From an uncultured virus (IMG/VR IMGVR_UViG_3300042992_002627) (Duplodnaviria; Heunggongvirae; Uroviricota; Caudoviricetes): DNA of 64,000 nt. Positions within the stretch are counted from its first letter, which is position 1; every line of letters starts with the position of its first letter. The stretch lies in IMG/VR virus record IMGVR_UViG_3300042992_002627, one strand, 5' to 3'. The notes beneath the pieces are model-generated. The model saw nothing but the letters and a program-made list of their open reading frames with translations, was not told the origin of the DNA and searched no databases. The position numbers were made by a program, and so were the translations under genes. Shown here in pieces: positions 49,304-59,337 of the stretch.

Positions 49304-49388
49304 GTTTTATGTGGTTTTGTTTTTTTATATTTGGCGACATAAAACGACATATTTTGAAACAAAATCGCAACTTTTTAGCAACTCAATT

Positions 49389-50606
49389 ATGAAAATTGAA
49401 TTTGAGCTTCAGGATTATCGACCTGAAAAACCTGATGGTTATCCGTTGGTGTTGAAAATTTCTCATAGCAAAAAAAGAATACAAAAAACCATTTGTTATT
49501 GTAAGCCAAATCACTTTTCGAATGAAAATAAAATGGTCAATAGTAAGCATCCGGACTTTGATTTTTTGGCTCCTATGATGATGGAACTGAAGATAAAAGC
49601 TAAAAAGATTAAACTTTCGGGCCTTACGGATGTGAACCAGGTGATGGAAGAATTATTTCGATTGGAAAAAACCGACACTGATTTTATTCAGTTTGCTGCT
49701 GATTTGATGGCTGAAATGAGTGAATTGGCAGCGGTATATGATAAACAAGGTAATATTTCGGCTCGGAATAAGCTATTGGGTAACGTGAAAGTTTATGCTA
49801 ATGTGATGAAACGTTTTAAAGAAATGCATCGCAATTGTATGATTTCGCAAATAGATTATAATTTATTGATGCGATTTAGAAACTATCATCTTGGCATCGG
49901 GAACCAGCGTGCAACGGTTCATTTGTATCTTCGGACGCTCCGGGCAATTTATAATAAATGTTTATTGAAATATGCAATTCCTGATAAAAAACCCTTTGTA
50001 GGTGTTTTTAATAACTTAAAGGTAAAAAGTTACCATAACAAAAAGAAATACATCACAAAAGAAGCTGTGCAATTATTGGAAGGTTATTTTGTTGCCGGTG
50101 AAACACAAAAATACATTGATTTGTGGTTGTTGCAGTTTTATTTTGGTGGATGTGATTTGATTGATCTATATTATTTACCGAAAACTCACTTTCGTAAAAA
50201 CCGTATTTATTTTGAGCGAAGCAAAACTGATACAGGGCTTTTGATTGATTTGGCAATTCATGACAAAGCAGCGGCCCGAATTGAAAAATTTTTACAAAAT
50301 AATGATAGTTTGTTTTTGGTGGTTGGTCGAAAAGATGTAAAAGGTTATGAAGGTTATCGCCGGCGATATACTAAGGCAATTTGTGAAGCTCAAAAACAGT
50401 TAGGAATTGAAGTGATGCCAATGGGTGGAAACTTGGGTGTGAAGGTTGCCCGGCATACGTTTGCGAATATTGCTAAAAACTTATTGATAGATCCTGATTT
50501 GATACGTGAATTAATGGGCCATGAACGCGATGGTGTAGATAATTACTATAAAGATCGCTTTCCGGAAAAAGTGAGGGATGAAGCGTTGTTTAGGATTGTG
50601 GGTTAG
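49389..50606 (+). CDS. int: Phage integrase (tyrosine recombinase)
   Basis: Arm and SAM-like N-terminus; ARHTFAN, LMGH and NYY motifs; likely ATG at 49389. Confidence 0.85.
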   Translation: MKIEFELQDYRPEKPDGYPLVLKISHSKKRIQKTICYCKPNHFSNENKMVNSKHPDFDFLAPMMMELKIKAKKIKLSGLTDVNQVMEELFRLEKTDTDFIQFAADLMAEMSELAAVYDKQGNISARNKLLGNVKVYANVMKRFKEMHRNCMISQIDYNLLMRFRNYHLGIGNQRATVHLYLRTLRAIYNKCLLKYAIPDKKPFVGVFNNLKVKSYHNKKKYITKEAVQLLEGYFVAGETQKYIDLWLLQFYFGGCDLIDLYYLPKTHFRKNRIYFERSKTDTGLLIDLAIHDKAAARIEKFLQNNDSLFLVVGRKDVKGYEGYRRRYTKAICEAQKQLGIEVMPMGGNLGVKVARHTFANIAKNLLIDPDLIRELMGHERDGVDNYYKDRFPEKVRDEALFRIVG

Positions 50607-50787
50607 TTTCCTCCTTATCTGAAGGTTTTAGTTTTTCTGAAATTTCCTTTAAAATTTCAATTTGTTCTTTTTGGTTTTTTTTGATTTCTGTAATGTCATA
50701 ATACCATTGCCAAAAAGGCTTCATTAAAACAAGTATTATAAAAGCTAAAAAAATTCCAGCGATAATGGTAGTGTATAAATCTGTCAT
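50590..50787 (-). CDS. Small membrane protein
   Basis: N-terminal TM; downstream of the repressor. Confidence 0.55.
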   Translation of the reverse strand: MTDLYTTIIAGIFLAFIILVLMKPFWQWYYDITEIKKNQKEQIEILKEISEKLKPSDKEETNPQS

Positions 50788-50815
50788 TTGATTTTTTTTA
50801 AAAGTAGTGATTTTC

Positions 50816-51178
50816 TCAATAAGCTATATTATTTTTTTCTAAAAGTTTTTTTAGTCGATAATTTTCTTTCATTAATTTCAGATGTTCAACTTGAAGTTTT
50901 GTGTAATCTTCAAAATAATCCGTATTTACTTTATTGTAATATTCTTCTTTCGGTTCTTCAACAATGTTTTTTGCATCTGTGCCAACAATGGCAGATTCTA
51001 TAAAAAAAAGAATTGCATTCAGTGTCCTGACATTTGGCTTCTTCGTTTCGCCTTTCAGTATTTTTTGTATAGCAAATGTGCTAATATTGGTATGCTTTCC
51101 TATCTCATATGCGGTCAAATTGTGCTCTTTGACCTGCTGTTTTATTGTCTCTAACTTCTGTATATTATTCATAATCAA
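50816..51178 (-). CDS. CI-like XRE HTH repressor
   Basis: LTAYEIGKHTNISTFAIQKILKGETKKP. Confidence 0.75.
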   Translation of the reverse strand: MIMNNIQKLETIKQQVKEHNLTAYEIGKHTNISTFAIQKILKGETKKPNVRTLNAILFFIESAIVGTDAKNIVEEPKEEYYNKVNTDYFEDYTKLQVEHLKLMKENYRLKKLLEKNNIAY

Positions 51179-51297
51179 ATATTTACAAAATAGTTTAAAA
51201 AATATCTAAAATTATGCATCTTATATACAACTAATTGTATATATTTGCTATATCAAAATACTTGTACAAGTATTTGTTCAACAAAAGTACAAAAAAC

Positions 51298-51558
51298 ATG
51301 CCATTAATGAATAAAAAATTAAAAGTAAGAGATTTTCAAACATTGGAAAGGTTTGATAATGTGGTAAATGCAACTGAGGTTTTGCGTAAGTTTTTTGCAA
51401 AAGGATTTAAATCTGTAACAGCATTACACGCAGTAGTTCAAAGTTTTTATCCAGAAATCACTTATGTAGACATGTCGAACTTTTGGAACTTCAGAAAATG
51501 TTCTTCTGACATGGTTGATAAATTGAATACTGTTTTAGAAAGATTGAAACATGAATAG
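51298..51558 (+). CDS. Cro-like/early protein
   Basis: Divergent from the repressor; ATG at 51298. Confidence 0.5.
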   Translation: MPLMNKKLKVRDFQTLERFDNVVNATEVLRKFFAKGFKSVTALHAVVQSFYPEITYVDMSNFWNFRKCSSDMVDKLNTVLERLKHE

Positions 51559-51829
51559 TGTAGTAATTCTCAGTGATGAAAATTTTTCTTATTTCAAAAA
51601 TATTGAATGTAGAAAAAGATATGAAAAATGGGTTTCTAACCAAAGATGGATTATGATGTCGATTTTTTATACTTGGGGTTTTAACAATTTTCAATTTTTT
51701 AAAACAATTGTTCTTCGGTTATATCCTGATGTTAACGAAAAGCATTTGCGTGAATTTTATGCCGGCACAGTCATTCGTGAAGATGTCTTAAAATATGTAG
51801 GTTACACTTATCAAATATTAAACGTATGA
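51551..51829 (+). CDS. Hypothetical protein
   Basis: Coupled ORF. Confidence 0.5.
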   Translation: MNSVVILSDENFSYFKNIECRKRYEKWVSNQRWIMMSIFYTWGFNNFQFFKTIVLRLYPDVNEKHLREFYAGTVIREDVLKYVGYTYQILNV

Positions 51830-52162
51830 AAAAATCACTCTTTTTAGAAATCGCACCATTCACATTTATTGCTATGTGTGCCTACTGTTTGTTTTTTGAA
51901 CACTTTTGGTTTTCGGCGGCTTTTTTGGTAGCAACGATATTGGTGGTTTTGTTAGAATATTCACTTTTTATAAAAGAGCAAAACAAATGATCAGGTATAG
52001 TATTCAAGAAATAAAAACCGCTATTGGTGCTTTGAAAGATTTACGGGATGTAGTTTTTTTTCAAAGAAGTATGTTGGCAATTGCTTTTTGTTATTCAGAA
52101 AATGAATTGGCCGATATTTCAATTCGTATTGATTTACGGATTCTAACTTTAAAACAATCAAA

Positions 52163-52459
52163 ATGAAAGAAGTTCAACCTGTGTGTTCTGATAAAATTGA
52201 AATCGTGAAACAACCGGAACATTTAAAAAAAATGGGTTTAGTTGGTTCATTGATTAAAAAGCCAAACTTAGTTGTTTTTGAAGCTTCGTTAATTACCGGC
52301 GATGTTATTCCGGCAGCAATGGAACTTGTTTTGACAACATCGGGAAAAGAATTGCACCAGGTGAAAGTGAAAGAAAATCATATTTACTGCTATGCTTTAA
52401 ATGGTAAAAACGCAGTTAGAAAGCTTTCAAAAATGTTGAGCAATGGAAGGAACGGTTAA
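52163..52459 (+). CDS. Hypothetical protein
   Basis: ORF in the early operon. Confidence 0.5.
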   Translation: MKEVQPVCSDKIEIVKQPEHLKKMGLVGSLIKKPNLVVFEASLITGDVIPAAMELVLTTSGKELHQVKVKENHIYCYALNGKNAVRKLSKMLSNGRNG

Positions 52460-52751
52460 AATAAAAGATTTTATGGACCACTTGAAGGCAAACAATTTAG
52501 TGATTGTGAGTAAAAGTGATTTTGTTGCTGTTTCGGAAGAAGATTTGCAATTGAAAAGGTCAATGTTGATGAAGCAAAAATCAATTTCAATTCGTGAAAT
52601 TGTAGATGCAAAGTTGCTTCCATTAAGAAGTAAAGAAGGCGTGCGTCAGTGGATTAAATCAAATATTATAAGACCAGAAGAAGTGTTGATATCTTCCAAT
52701 GGTCAAATAAAAATATTAACGGTTGCTATTAAAAGATTAGGATATGTCTGA
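52443..52751 (+). CDS. Hypothetical DNA-binding (excisionase-like) protein
   Basis: Winged-HTH-like C-terminus; weak. Confidence 0.35.
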   Translation: MEGTVKIKDFMDHLKANNLVIVSKSDFVAVSEEDLQLKRSMLMKQKSISIREIVDAKLLPLRSKEGVRQWIKSNIIRPEEVLISSNGQIKILTVAIKRLGYV

Positions 52752-53049
52752 TTTAAAAAAGTTAACTGATGTAAAGTTGGAAGAATTACCATTTAAACCA
52801 AGTGATGATTTAGTTTATGCAAGTGAAGTGAGTAATTGTAAGCCCGGCAAATTATGTGTTTCTGAATTGTTTTTTGAACAAATTGAACGATGTGTGTTAT
52901 GTGGGAAATTGATATGATGTTTTGGTGTATTGTGGTTGGAATGGCTGTTGGTTCGTTTCTTTTTGTATCGGGATTTATTGTGTTGTATTTAAGTGAAGTA
53001 ATAAATAGAATATTTAGTAAAAAAGTATAATTCCAAAAACCAAATACCC

Positions 53050-53367
53050 ATGCAAACTACCACTGCTTTTGATAAAGAAAAATGTGCGGCTGTTGAACAG
53101 TCGGTTATGAAAGTGCTTAACTGCAACCTTCATGAGATTGTTAATTATCCGGATACATTCAGTAAAAAAGTGGTGGTATTTGTTTTGTCAAAGTTTTATG
53201 ATTTTGATAAACGAAATGTAGGAAGGGCTTATCAAATGACGTATTTATATGTTCCAACTGTTGTTGATGAATTGGAATTTAAAATACTTACAGATTTCAA
53301 GTTTAGAGAACAAGTATCAATGATTTTAAAAGAAGTGGGTTATGCCTTTGAAGAAGTGGTCGCTTGA
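53050..53367 (+). CDS. Hypothetical protein
   Basis: ORF in the early operon. Confidence 0.5.
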   Translation: MQTTTAFDKEKCAAVEQSVMKVLNCNLHEIVNYPDTFSKKVVVFVLSKFYDFDKRNVGRAYQMTYLYVPTVVDELEFKILTDFKFREQVSMILKEVGYAFEEVVA

Positions 53368-54094
53368 AGAAAATGAAATAATAAAAAAGTATTGGAATAT
53401 TCCAATGCGTGATTTGCTTGAAAAATTGCCAGGAAGAAATTCGAAAACAATTTATTGGAAAATTTCTCAATTGGGTGAAAATAGGCAAACTTATAAAAGA
53501 TACACTGTTGATGAAGATGTGTTTATAAAAGCTAATTATAAGACAATTGGGAACTTTGAGATTGGCAGAAAAATTAAACGAACTGCTAAATCAATATCAA
53601 AAAGAATGATTGTTTTAGGTTTAAGAAGGAATGGTGATGATTTTAAGGAATTAGCAAAATCAAATCGAGGTTGTTATAAAAAAGGGTGTGTTTCTAAAAT
53701 TGCTTTTCCGTTAGGGGTTTTGCAGTTGGTTTATGATTCAAAGTTGGACCGTCATTTTTACAACATTAAAACTGAAAAAGGTTTTGTTAGGTTTTCAAGG
53801 TATTTGTATGAGTTGTTTAATAATGAAAAATTAAAGGATACTGATATTGTTTTTCATGCTGATGGAAATTCATTAAATCTATTAAAAGAAAATTTAATTA
53901 AAATTACTCGAAAACAATTGTTGTATGAAAATAATTTTAAAGATGAAGCCTTTGTTAAACGCATTTTTAGAATACAAAACCCTGAATTGATTGATAATAT
54001 TATAAAAAACCATCATGATTTAATTCAGGTGAAAAAACAAAGTTTTTTGTTAAATAAAAAAATTAAAGAAAATGACATTTCAAGAAAAGCTTGA
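53342..54094 (+). CDS. HTH-repeat protein with degenerate HNH-like C-terminus
   Basis: WSLEE/YTVDED repeats; VFHADGNSLN..ENL motif. Confidence 0.5.
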   Translation: MPLKKWSLEENEIIKKYWNIPMRDLLEKLPGRNSKTIYWKISQLGENRQTYKRYTVDEDVFIKANYKTIGNFEIGRKIKRTAKSISKRMIVLGLRRNGDDFKELAKSNRGCYKKGCVSKIAFPLGVLQLVYDSKLDRHFYNIKTEKGFVRFSRYLYELFNNEKLKDTDIVFHADGNSLNLLKENLIKITRKQLLYENNFKDEAFVKRIFRIQNPELIDNIIKNHHDLIQVKKQSFLLNKKIKENDISRKA

Positions 54095-54479
54095 TCAGTT
54101 TTATGGTAAGAAATTCCGCCACGACGGAAAAGAGTTTAAAGTAGTAGATGTTTGCATCCGCGAAAACAAAGCTGTCATTAGAACCGACAAACGCACATTT
54201 GTTTATTACGAATCGGAATTGGTATTGTTTATGAATTCGGTTGAATTTATTGTACATGCAAATCTGCAAGAGTGGAAGCCAAAAGAAGCTCCGGTTGTAA
54301 CTGTTTTTAGGAATGAAACCAATGCAGAAAAAGTAAACTCTAAATTAATGGAAATGTTTGACACTATTTGTCAAAATCCAACCAAAGAAAACATTGACAA
54401 AGCCGATGCAATGGTGCGTGTTTCTGATGCTATGGTAAAGAATGAGTTGATTCGTTTAAAATATTTAACACTCAAGTAG
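54072..54479 (+). CDS. Hypothetical protein
   Basis: Coupled ORF. Confidence 0.5.
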   Translation: MTFQEKLDQFYGKKFRHDGKEFKVVDVCIRENKAVIRTDKRTFVYYESELVLFMNSVEFIVHANLQEWKPKEAPVVTVFRNETNAEKVNSKLMEMFDTICQNPTKENIDKADAMVRVSDAMVKNELIRLKYLTLK

Positions 54480-54481
54480 TT

Positions 54482-55213
54482 ATGCAATTTCAATTTGATA
54501 GTAAAATAGCCCAAGATCATAGCGTAAATGAAGCTGTGTTTATCCATAATTTATACTTGTGGATCAAGTACAATAAAGCCAACGAAAAGCATTTTTACGA
54601 GGGTAAATATTGGACGTACAATACTAAAAAAGCATTTGCAGAATTGTTTCCTTTTTGGTCATTAGACCAGGTGAAAAGAATCATCGATTCACTATTGAAA
54701 AAAGGGTTGATTTTCGCAGGCAATTTCAATGAAAATTCATGGGATAAAACGAACTGGTATTCGTTGTCTGATGAAGTGCTTTTTATCTACGAAAACGGTT
54801 CGAAGCCCAATAAAACTGCATTAGGCGAAATCGCCCAATCGAGTGGTGCAAAATCGCCCAATCGAATGGTGCAAAATCACCCAATCGATGAGTGCAAAAT
54901 CGCCCAATCATTTATAGGAACATATAATAAAACATATAATAAAGCATGTGAGGGTGCACTCGCTTTTTTTGAAATAAATTTTCCTTCTTCCTACGAAAGT
55001 TTAATGATGCAGTTTAAAACGAAAATCAAAGATTTTCAAAAGTTCCGAACGCTTTTCGATGCAAAGGTTGAAACTGAAAAGTTAGAATACGATCAACGAG
55101 TTTTATCCGGGCGGTTTATTTCCTTCGCTACAAACTGGATTGAGAATGAAAAAAAAGAATCTAAGGTGATTGAGTTGTACGAAGGTCCAAAACATAAAAT
55201 AGCAGGTTTTTAA
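54482..55213 (+). CDS. Replication initiator (DnaD/lambda O-like wHTH) with internal iterons
   Basis: N-terminal wHTH (WTYNT...FPFWS...WY); internal repeats; precedes DnaB. Confidence 0.75.
   Translation: MQFQFDSKIAQDHSVNEAVFIHNLYLWIKYNKANEKHFYEGKYWTYNTKKAFAELFPFWSLDQVKRIIDSLLKKGLIFAGNFNENSWDKTNWYSLSDEVLFIYENGSKPNKTALGEIAQSSGAKSPNRMVQNHPIDECKIAQSFIGTYNKTYNKACEGALAFFEINFPSSYESLMMQFKTKIKDFQKFRTLFDAKVETEKLEYDQRVLSGRFISFATNWIENEKKESKVIELYEGPKHKIAGF
54825..54909 (+). repeat. Four 23-bp-period iterons GC(G/A)AAATC(G/A)CCCAATC (phage B origin)
   Basis: Copies at 54825, 54848, 54871 and 54894. Confidence 0.8.
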
Positions 55214-55214
55214 A

Positions 55215-56735
55215 ATGAAAACAGTAGAATCTTTAAAGGCAACAAAATCGGCAATTATTCAAATGGAAAAAGGATTGGTTCCACCGCAAGCAATTGACTT
55301 AGAAGAAGCAGTCTTGGGTGCTGTTTTAATTGATGAAAAAGGCGTTTATGATATGTTTGCAGTGATACAAACATCGGCTGTTTTTTATAAGGAGCAACAT
55401 GTTTTGATTTATGAAGCTGCTGCTGCTTTATTCGCTGAAGGATTGCCAATTGATTTGCTTACAATTTCGCAAAAGTTAAAGAGTCTAGGTACTTTGGAGC
55501 GTGTTGGCGGTGACTTTTATTTGATTGCTCTTACTCAGAAAGTTTCTTCTTCTGCTCACACGGACTACCACTGCCGGATATTAATGCAAATGTATTTACG
55601 GCGTTTAATAATCATGTTCAATTCTAAAATCACTGGACTATGTTACAATGATTCAACTGATGTGTTTGATTTGATTTCGCAATGGTCAGATGAATTTGAT
55701 AAAGTGGCTGATATTACATCGGTTGGTAGATCTACAAAAAGCCTTCCGGTTTCATTGGAAGATGTGAAAAAAAATATTGAAATGTTATCTAAAAATAAAG
55801 AAGATGTTGTGTTAAGTGGTATTCATACCGGCTTTCAAAGAATTAATAAATACACTGGTGGATATCGTGAGCAGGATTTAATAATCTTAGCAGCTCGTCC
55901 TGGTATGGGAAAAACTTCTAAAGCTTTGAAAACTGCTTTAGAGAATATTAAAAACAATGTTCCTGTTGGTTTTATAAGCGGTGAAATGTCTATGATGCAA
56001 TTAACATCGCGATTGATTGCATTGGATACTAACTTCCATTTGAATCAAATTATGAAGTACGGATTCGAAAAATCTGAATACTTCGTTACATTGCAAAATC
56101 ATGTCGATAGAATGAAAAAGTATCCATTGTTTGTTGATGATAGTGGTAAAATGGATATATCTGATGTTGTCATTGTTATTAAGAATTGGCACAGAAAGTA
56201 TGGTGTTAAGTTGGTTATTGTTGACTATGTGCAGTTGATGAGTGACCGTTCAAAGAAGGGAACACGAACGGATGAATTGGCTTCTGTTTCAAGAAGATTA
56301 AAGCTGTTAGCAAAGGAATTAAACATTACTGTAATCTTATTGGCTCAGGTTAACCGTGACTGTGAAAAGCGTGGTACATCGAAGCGTCCATTTATATCTG
56401 ACATTAAAGACTTTGGTGCTGGCGAACAGGATGCTGATATCATTGAGTTTATCTACCGACCTGAGTATTACAAACTTGAAATGGCTGAAGAAGATTACGA
56501 TCATGCGTTGGCTTATCTGTTAGATAAAGGAGCGAACACTGAAATCATCTTTGCTAAATACCGAGGTGGTGCAACAGGAACCACACTGTTGAAGTGGGTG
56601 GGTGATAAGACAAAGTTCATTGATGTTGATGATGAGTTGGATACTGCTAATTATGAAGTTGAACAACCTATCACTGTTATGTCGGCGGCTCAGGCATTTG
56701 AACCACCTATTAATTCTAACGAACCACCATTCTAA
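55215..56735 (+). CDS. dnaB: Replicative DNA helicase
   Basis: PPQAIDLEEAVLG, AARPGMGKT, VDYVQL, LAQVNR and EQDAD motifs. Confidence 0.95.
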   Translation: MKTVESLKATKSAIIQMEKGLVPPQAIDLEEAVLGAVLIDEKGVYDMFAVIQTSAVFYKEQHVLIYEAAAALFAEGLPIDLLTISQKLKSLGTLERVGGDFYLIALTQKVSSSAHTDYHCRILMQMYLRRLIIMFNSKITGLCYNDSTDVFDLISQWSDEFDKVADITSVGRSTKSLPVSLEDVKKNIEMLSKNKEDVVLSGIHTGFQRINKYTGGYREQDLIILAARPGMGKTSKALKTALENIKNNVPVGFISGEMSMMQLTSRLIALDTNFHLNQIMKYGFEKSEYFVTLQNHVDRMKKYPLFVDDSGKMDISDVVIVIKNWHRKYGVKLVIVDYVQLMSDRSKKGTRTDELASVSRRLKLLAKELNITVILLAQVNRDCEKRGTSKRPFISDIKDFGAGEQDADIIEFIYRPEYYKLEMAEEDYDHALAYLLDKGANTEIIFAKYRGGATGTTLLKWVGDKTKFIDVDDELDTANYEVEQPITVMSAAQAFEPPINSNEPPF

Positions 56736-56737
56736 TC

Positions 56738-57073
56738 ATGTCAACAGCACCAAAAAAACAAAACAGACCTTGGGTTAAAGAAACAAAAGCATTCGAAAGA
56801 CCTGTTGACTTCTCATGGTTCTATAATGACCGTAAGTGGCGTAAGGTTTCAAAGGCTTACCGTGATGCAAATCCTGTTTGTGAATGTGAACAATGCAAAG
56901 CTTCACAAACAGTTAAGCCGGCACAAGTGTGTGACCATGTCAAAGGGTTAAAGTTTCTGTTAGATAACAATATGGATCCGTATAACGCAAATGAATTACA
57001 ATCGATGTCACACGAATGTCATAATAAAAAATCCGGAAAAGAATCCCACCGTTCCGGAAGGGGTATGGGGTAA
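56738..57073 (+). CDS. HNH endonuclease (packaging-associated)
   Basis: FYNDRKWR...CEC..C...DH...CHNKKS; upstream of terS. Confidence 0.8.
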   Translation: MSTAPKKQNRPWVKETKAFERPVDFSWFYNDRKWRKVSKAYRDANPVCECEQCKASQTVKPAQVCDHVKGLKFLLDNNMDPYNANELQSMSHECHNKKSGKESHRSGRGMG

Positions 57074-57170
57074 AATCTCTACGAGGTAGCGAGGTCGTAC
57101 ATCGCTGCTTAGTCAGGATTTTACTCAGGGTTAAAAAAAGTGAGGGGGGGTTAATTTAATAATAATAGCT

Positions 57171-57617
57171 ATGAATGAAATGAAAGTTGTTTCAATTGGA
57201 AAAGGTTCTGACAATTTATTGATTGTTCCGAAGGCTCCTGTTTATTTGAATGATGAAGCTAAAAAACATTACAAAGAAATGGGAAACATTTTAGCAAAAA
57301 ACAACCGAATGAAAGAAATCTTTTTGCCGGCTTTAATTATTTATGCTGAATCTATGGCCCAGTTTGAATTTGCGATTTCTGAAATTAGAAGGAAAAATAA
57401 AGAAAAACAAGGTAGTGGTTATGTGCAAAAATTTGCAACCGGAGCACAAAACATTTCTGTGGAAGTAAGCTTGAAAAAATCTGCCATTGATGATTTATTA
57501 AAATGCTTTAAAATTTTTGGTATGGATCCAAAATCAGAAAAAGAATTAAAAGACATTACCGACCCAAATCAAGGCAACTTGTTTGAAGAAATGTTGAAAA
57601 TGAAAAAGGGCCAATAG
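57171..57617 (+). CDS. terS: Terminase small subunit, P27 family
   Basis: KAPVYLNDEAKKHY...FGMDPKS. Confidence 0.75.
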   Translation: MNEMKVVSIGKGSDNLLIVPKAPVYLNDEAKKHYKEMGNILAKNNRMKEIFLPALIIYAESMAQFEFAISEIRRKNKEKQGSGYVQKFATGAQNISVEVSLKKSAIDDLLKCFKIFGMDPKSEKELKDITDPNQGNLFEEMLKMKKGQ

Positions 57618-57644
57618 GCAACATTACCGAAAAACTAAAGCTTT

Positions 57645-57926
57645 TTGAATACAAAAAAAATATCAGCAGCAATGTTGATCTGGATTGCTTTTAAATTTTT
57701 TAAAATGAAAATCGGACAAAAAATGGTATTTGATTTAGAAGCCTGGATAGGTGAAGAAATGATTATGGAAGAACATACAGCTGCAATTTTAGACATCTGT
57801 ATTGATCCACTTGGAAGGCATGAATCAAAATGCATTGTGGTTGTCAATTCTGAAAAATATGGAATTCCTTTTTCACAAATCAAACAAGTATTGCCGGCAA
57901 ATGGGGAACAGTTAGTTCTTTTATAA
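57645..57926 (+). CDS. Hypothetical protein
   Basis: Its stop codon abuts the first attC-like site; true start uncertain. Confidence 0.4.
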   Translation: MNTKKISAAMLIWIAFKFFKMKIGQKMVFDLEAWIGEEMIMEEHTAAILDICIDPLGRHESKCIVVVNSEKYGIPFSQIKQVLPANGEQLVLL

Positions 57927-58067
57927 TTGCCAACGGCATCTACTTTGCGAAGTGGCGGATTTGGAACACCACAGCTTCAATTTAGCACTACCGTTGATTA
58001 GAATTACAAGGGTTAAAATTAGCACTGCACCCGCCATTTTGCAAAGCAAGTGTTAGCAAATCGTTTT
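57927..58067 (-). repeat. attC-like site 1
   Basis: GCCAAC...CTTTGCGAAGTGGCGG (57943-58) / CCGCCATTTTGCAAAG (58031-46)...GTTAGC. Confidence 0.75.
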
Positions 58068-58071
58068 CATT

Positions 58072-58338
58072 ATGTTTACCAATATAAAAATAGAAGAAGT
58101 TTTAATTTTTGCAAAGCAAGGGATTCAAGGATTTACCACTGATGATGGTGATATTGTTGAACCTAAAACAAAAGAGGAAGTGCTAGAAGATATAGAATTG
58201 ATTGATGATTTGTTGTCAATTATGAAATCAAAAATGCTCTTAAATAAGAAAAAAGGGTTAAAAGCCGTAATAGATGGACGATTAGCGTTAGCAGTTGCCC
58301 CCGATTCAGTTAGAATAGGTGGTACGAATCATTTTTAA
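58072..58338 (+). CDS. Cassette 1 hypothetical protein
   Basis: Fills the space between GTTAGCAAA and TTTGCCAAC. Confidence 0.6.
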   Translation: MFTNIKIEEVLIFAKQGIQGFTTDDGDIVEPKTKEEVLEDIELIDDLLSIMKSKMLLNKKKGLKAVIDGRLALAVAPDSVRIGGTNHF

Positions 58339-58408
58339 AATGTTTGCCAACGGTTCTCGGCTATATTTAGGCTGGGATTATGAAAACGAAACTTTAAATT
58401 AAAACAAA

Positions 58409-58738
58409 ATGAAAGTAGAAATTACAAAAATTATGCAAAGTACCGAAATACTAAACGAAATTAAAAATCAATTAGAACAATTAGAGCATAAAGGCTATGA
58501 TAAAAATAGTTTTAAAAGCGGTTACCTTTTAGGATATGCCAAAGCGTTGCAATTGCAACAACCTGATGTTATAAAATCGGTTTGCGGTTCGTTGCCGATT
58601 TCAAAGGTGGTTTTCTTTGAGTTGAAAAAAGGGAAATACCTTGCAAGTAATGGGGTTGAAGTAACAACGGAATTTATACTAAAAAACGAACACGCTATAT
58701 TTCACGATAATGGTTATGTGATTGTCGAAAGGCAATGA
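58409..58738 (+). CDS. Cassette 2 hypothetical protein (reads through a junction)
   Basis: The ORF spans the GTT junction at 58568-58596. Confidence 0.55.
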   Translation: MKVEITKIMQSTEILNEIKNQLEQLEHKGYDKNSFKSGYLLGYAKALQLQQPDVIKSVCGSLPISKVVFFELKKGKYLASNGVEVTTEFILKNEHAIFHDNGYVIVERQ

Positions 58739-58876
58739 CCGCTAACGTTGAGCATATACGAAGGCAGGGCTTTTAAATACCAAAGCTCGGTTACTTCCGA
58801 AAGCTCAATAGAAATACAAAAGTTGAAAGTTTGCACGTCTGCCCTGCTTTTGTATATGCATTGTTGGCAGTAGTGC
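58731..58876 (-). repeat. attC-like site 3
   Basis: GCTAAC...GCATATACGAAGGCAGGGC (58752-70) / GCCCTGCTTTTGTATATGC (58841-59)...GTTGGC. Confidence 0.8.
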
Positions 58877-58906
58877 TTTTTATTTACAAACAAAAATTAA
58901 ACAAAT

Positions 58907-59326
58907 ATGAAAATAGTAAAAATATTATTAGACGATGGAACAAGTAGAGAAGTAGGAGAAATTAAACCTTTATCTCACTTTGAAGAAAAATACCCTGAAA
59001 ATAATAAATGGTATTGGCAAAGGTGTTACGAAAGACAATTCAATAATTTTGAAGATGATATTATTGAATTTCTAAATGAAAGTAATGTTGAAGAATACGC
59101 AAAAGACCACTTAAATTTAGTTGAAGAAGACGATGTGGAAGAAAAAGATATTTCTGATTTTACTGATGCTGAAATTTTAGAAGAAATGAAAGATAGAAAA
59201 TTAAATAAAGGAGGGAATATAATTACTTCTAGTTTTATTGAAAGATTTGAAAACATTGTAAAAGCAGAAAACATTATTTTATTAGACAATTTACTTTCTG
59301 AATTAGAAACTAAACTCAATCTTTAG
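58907..59326 (+). CDS. Cassette 3 acidic hypothetical protein
   Basis: Lies between GTTGGCAGTAGTGC and GCATTACTGCCAAC. Confidence 0.6.
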   Translation: MKIVKILLDDGTSREVGEIKPLSHFEEKYPENNKWYWQRCYERQFNNFEDDIIEFLNESNVEEYAKDHLNLVEEDDVEEKDISDFTDAEILEEMKDRKLNKGGNIITSSFIERFENIVKAENIILLDNLLSELETKLNL

Positions 59327-59337
59327 CGACTCCAACG

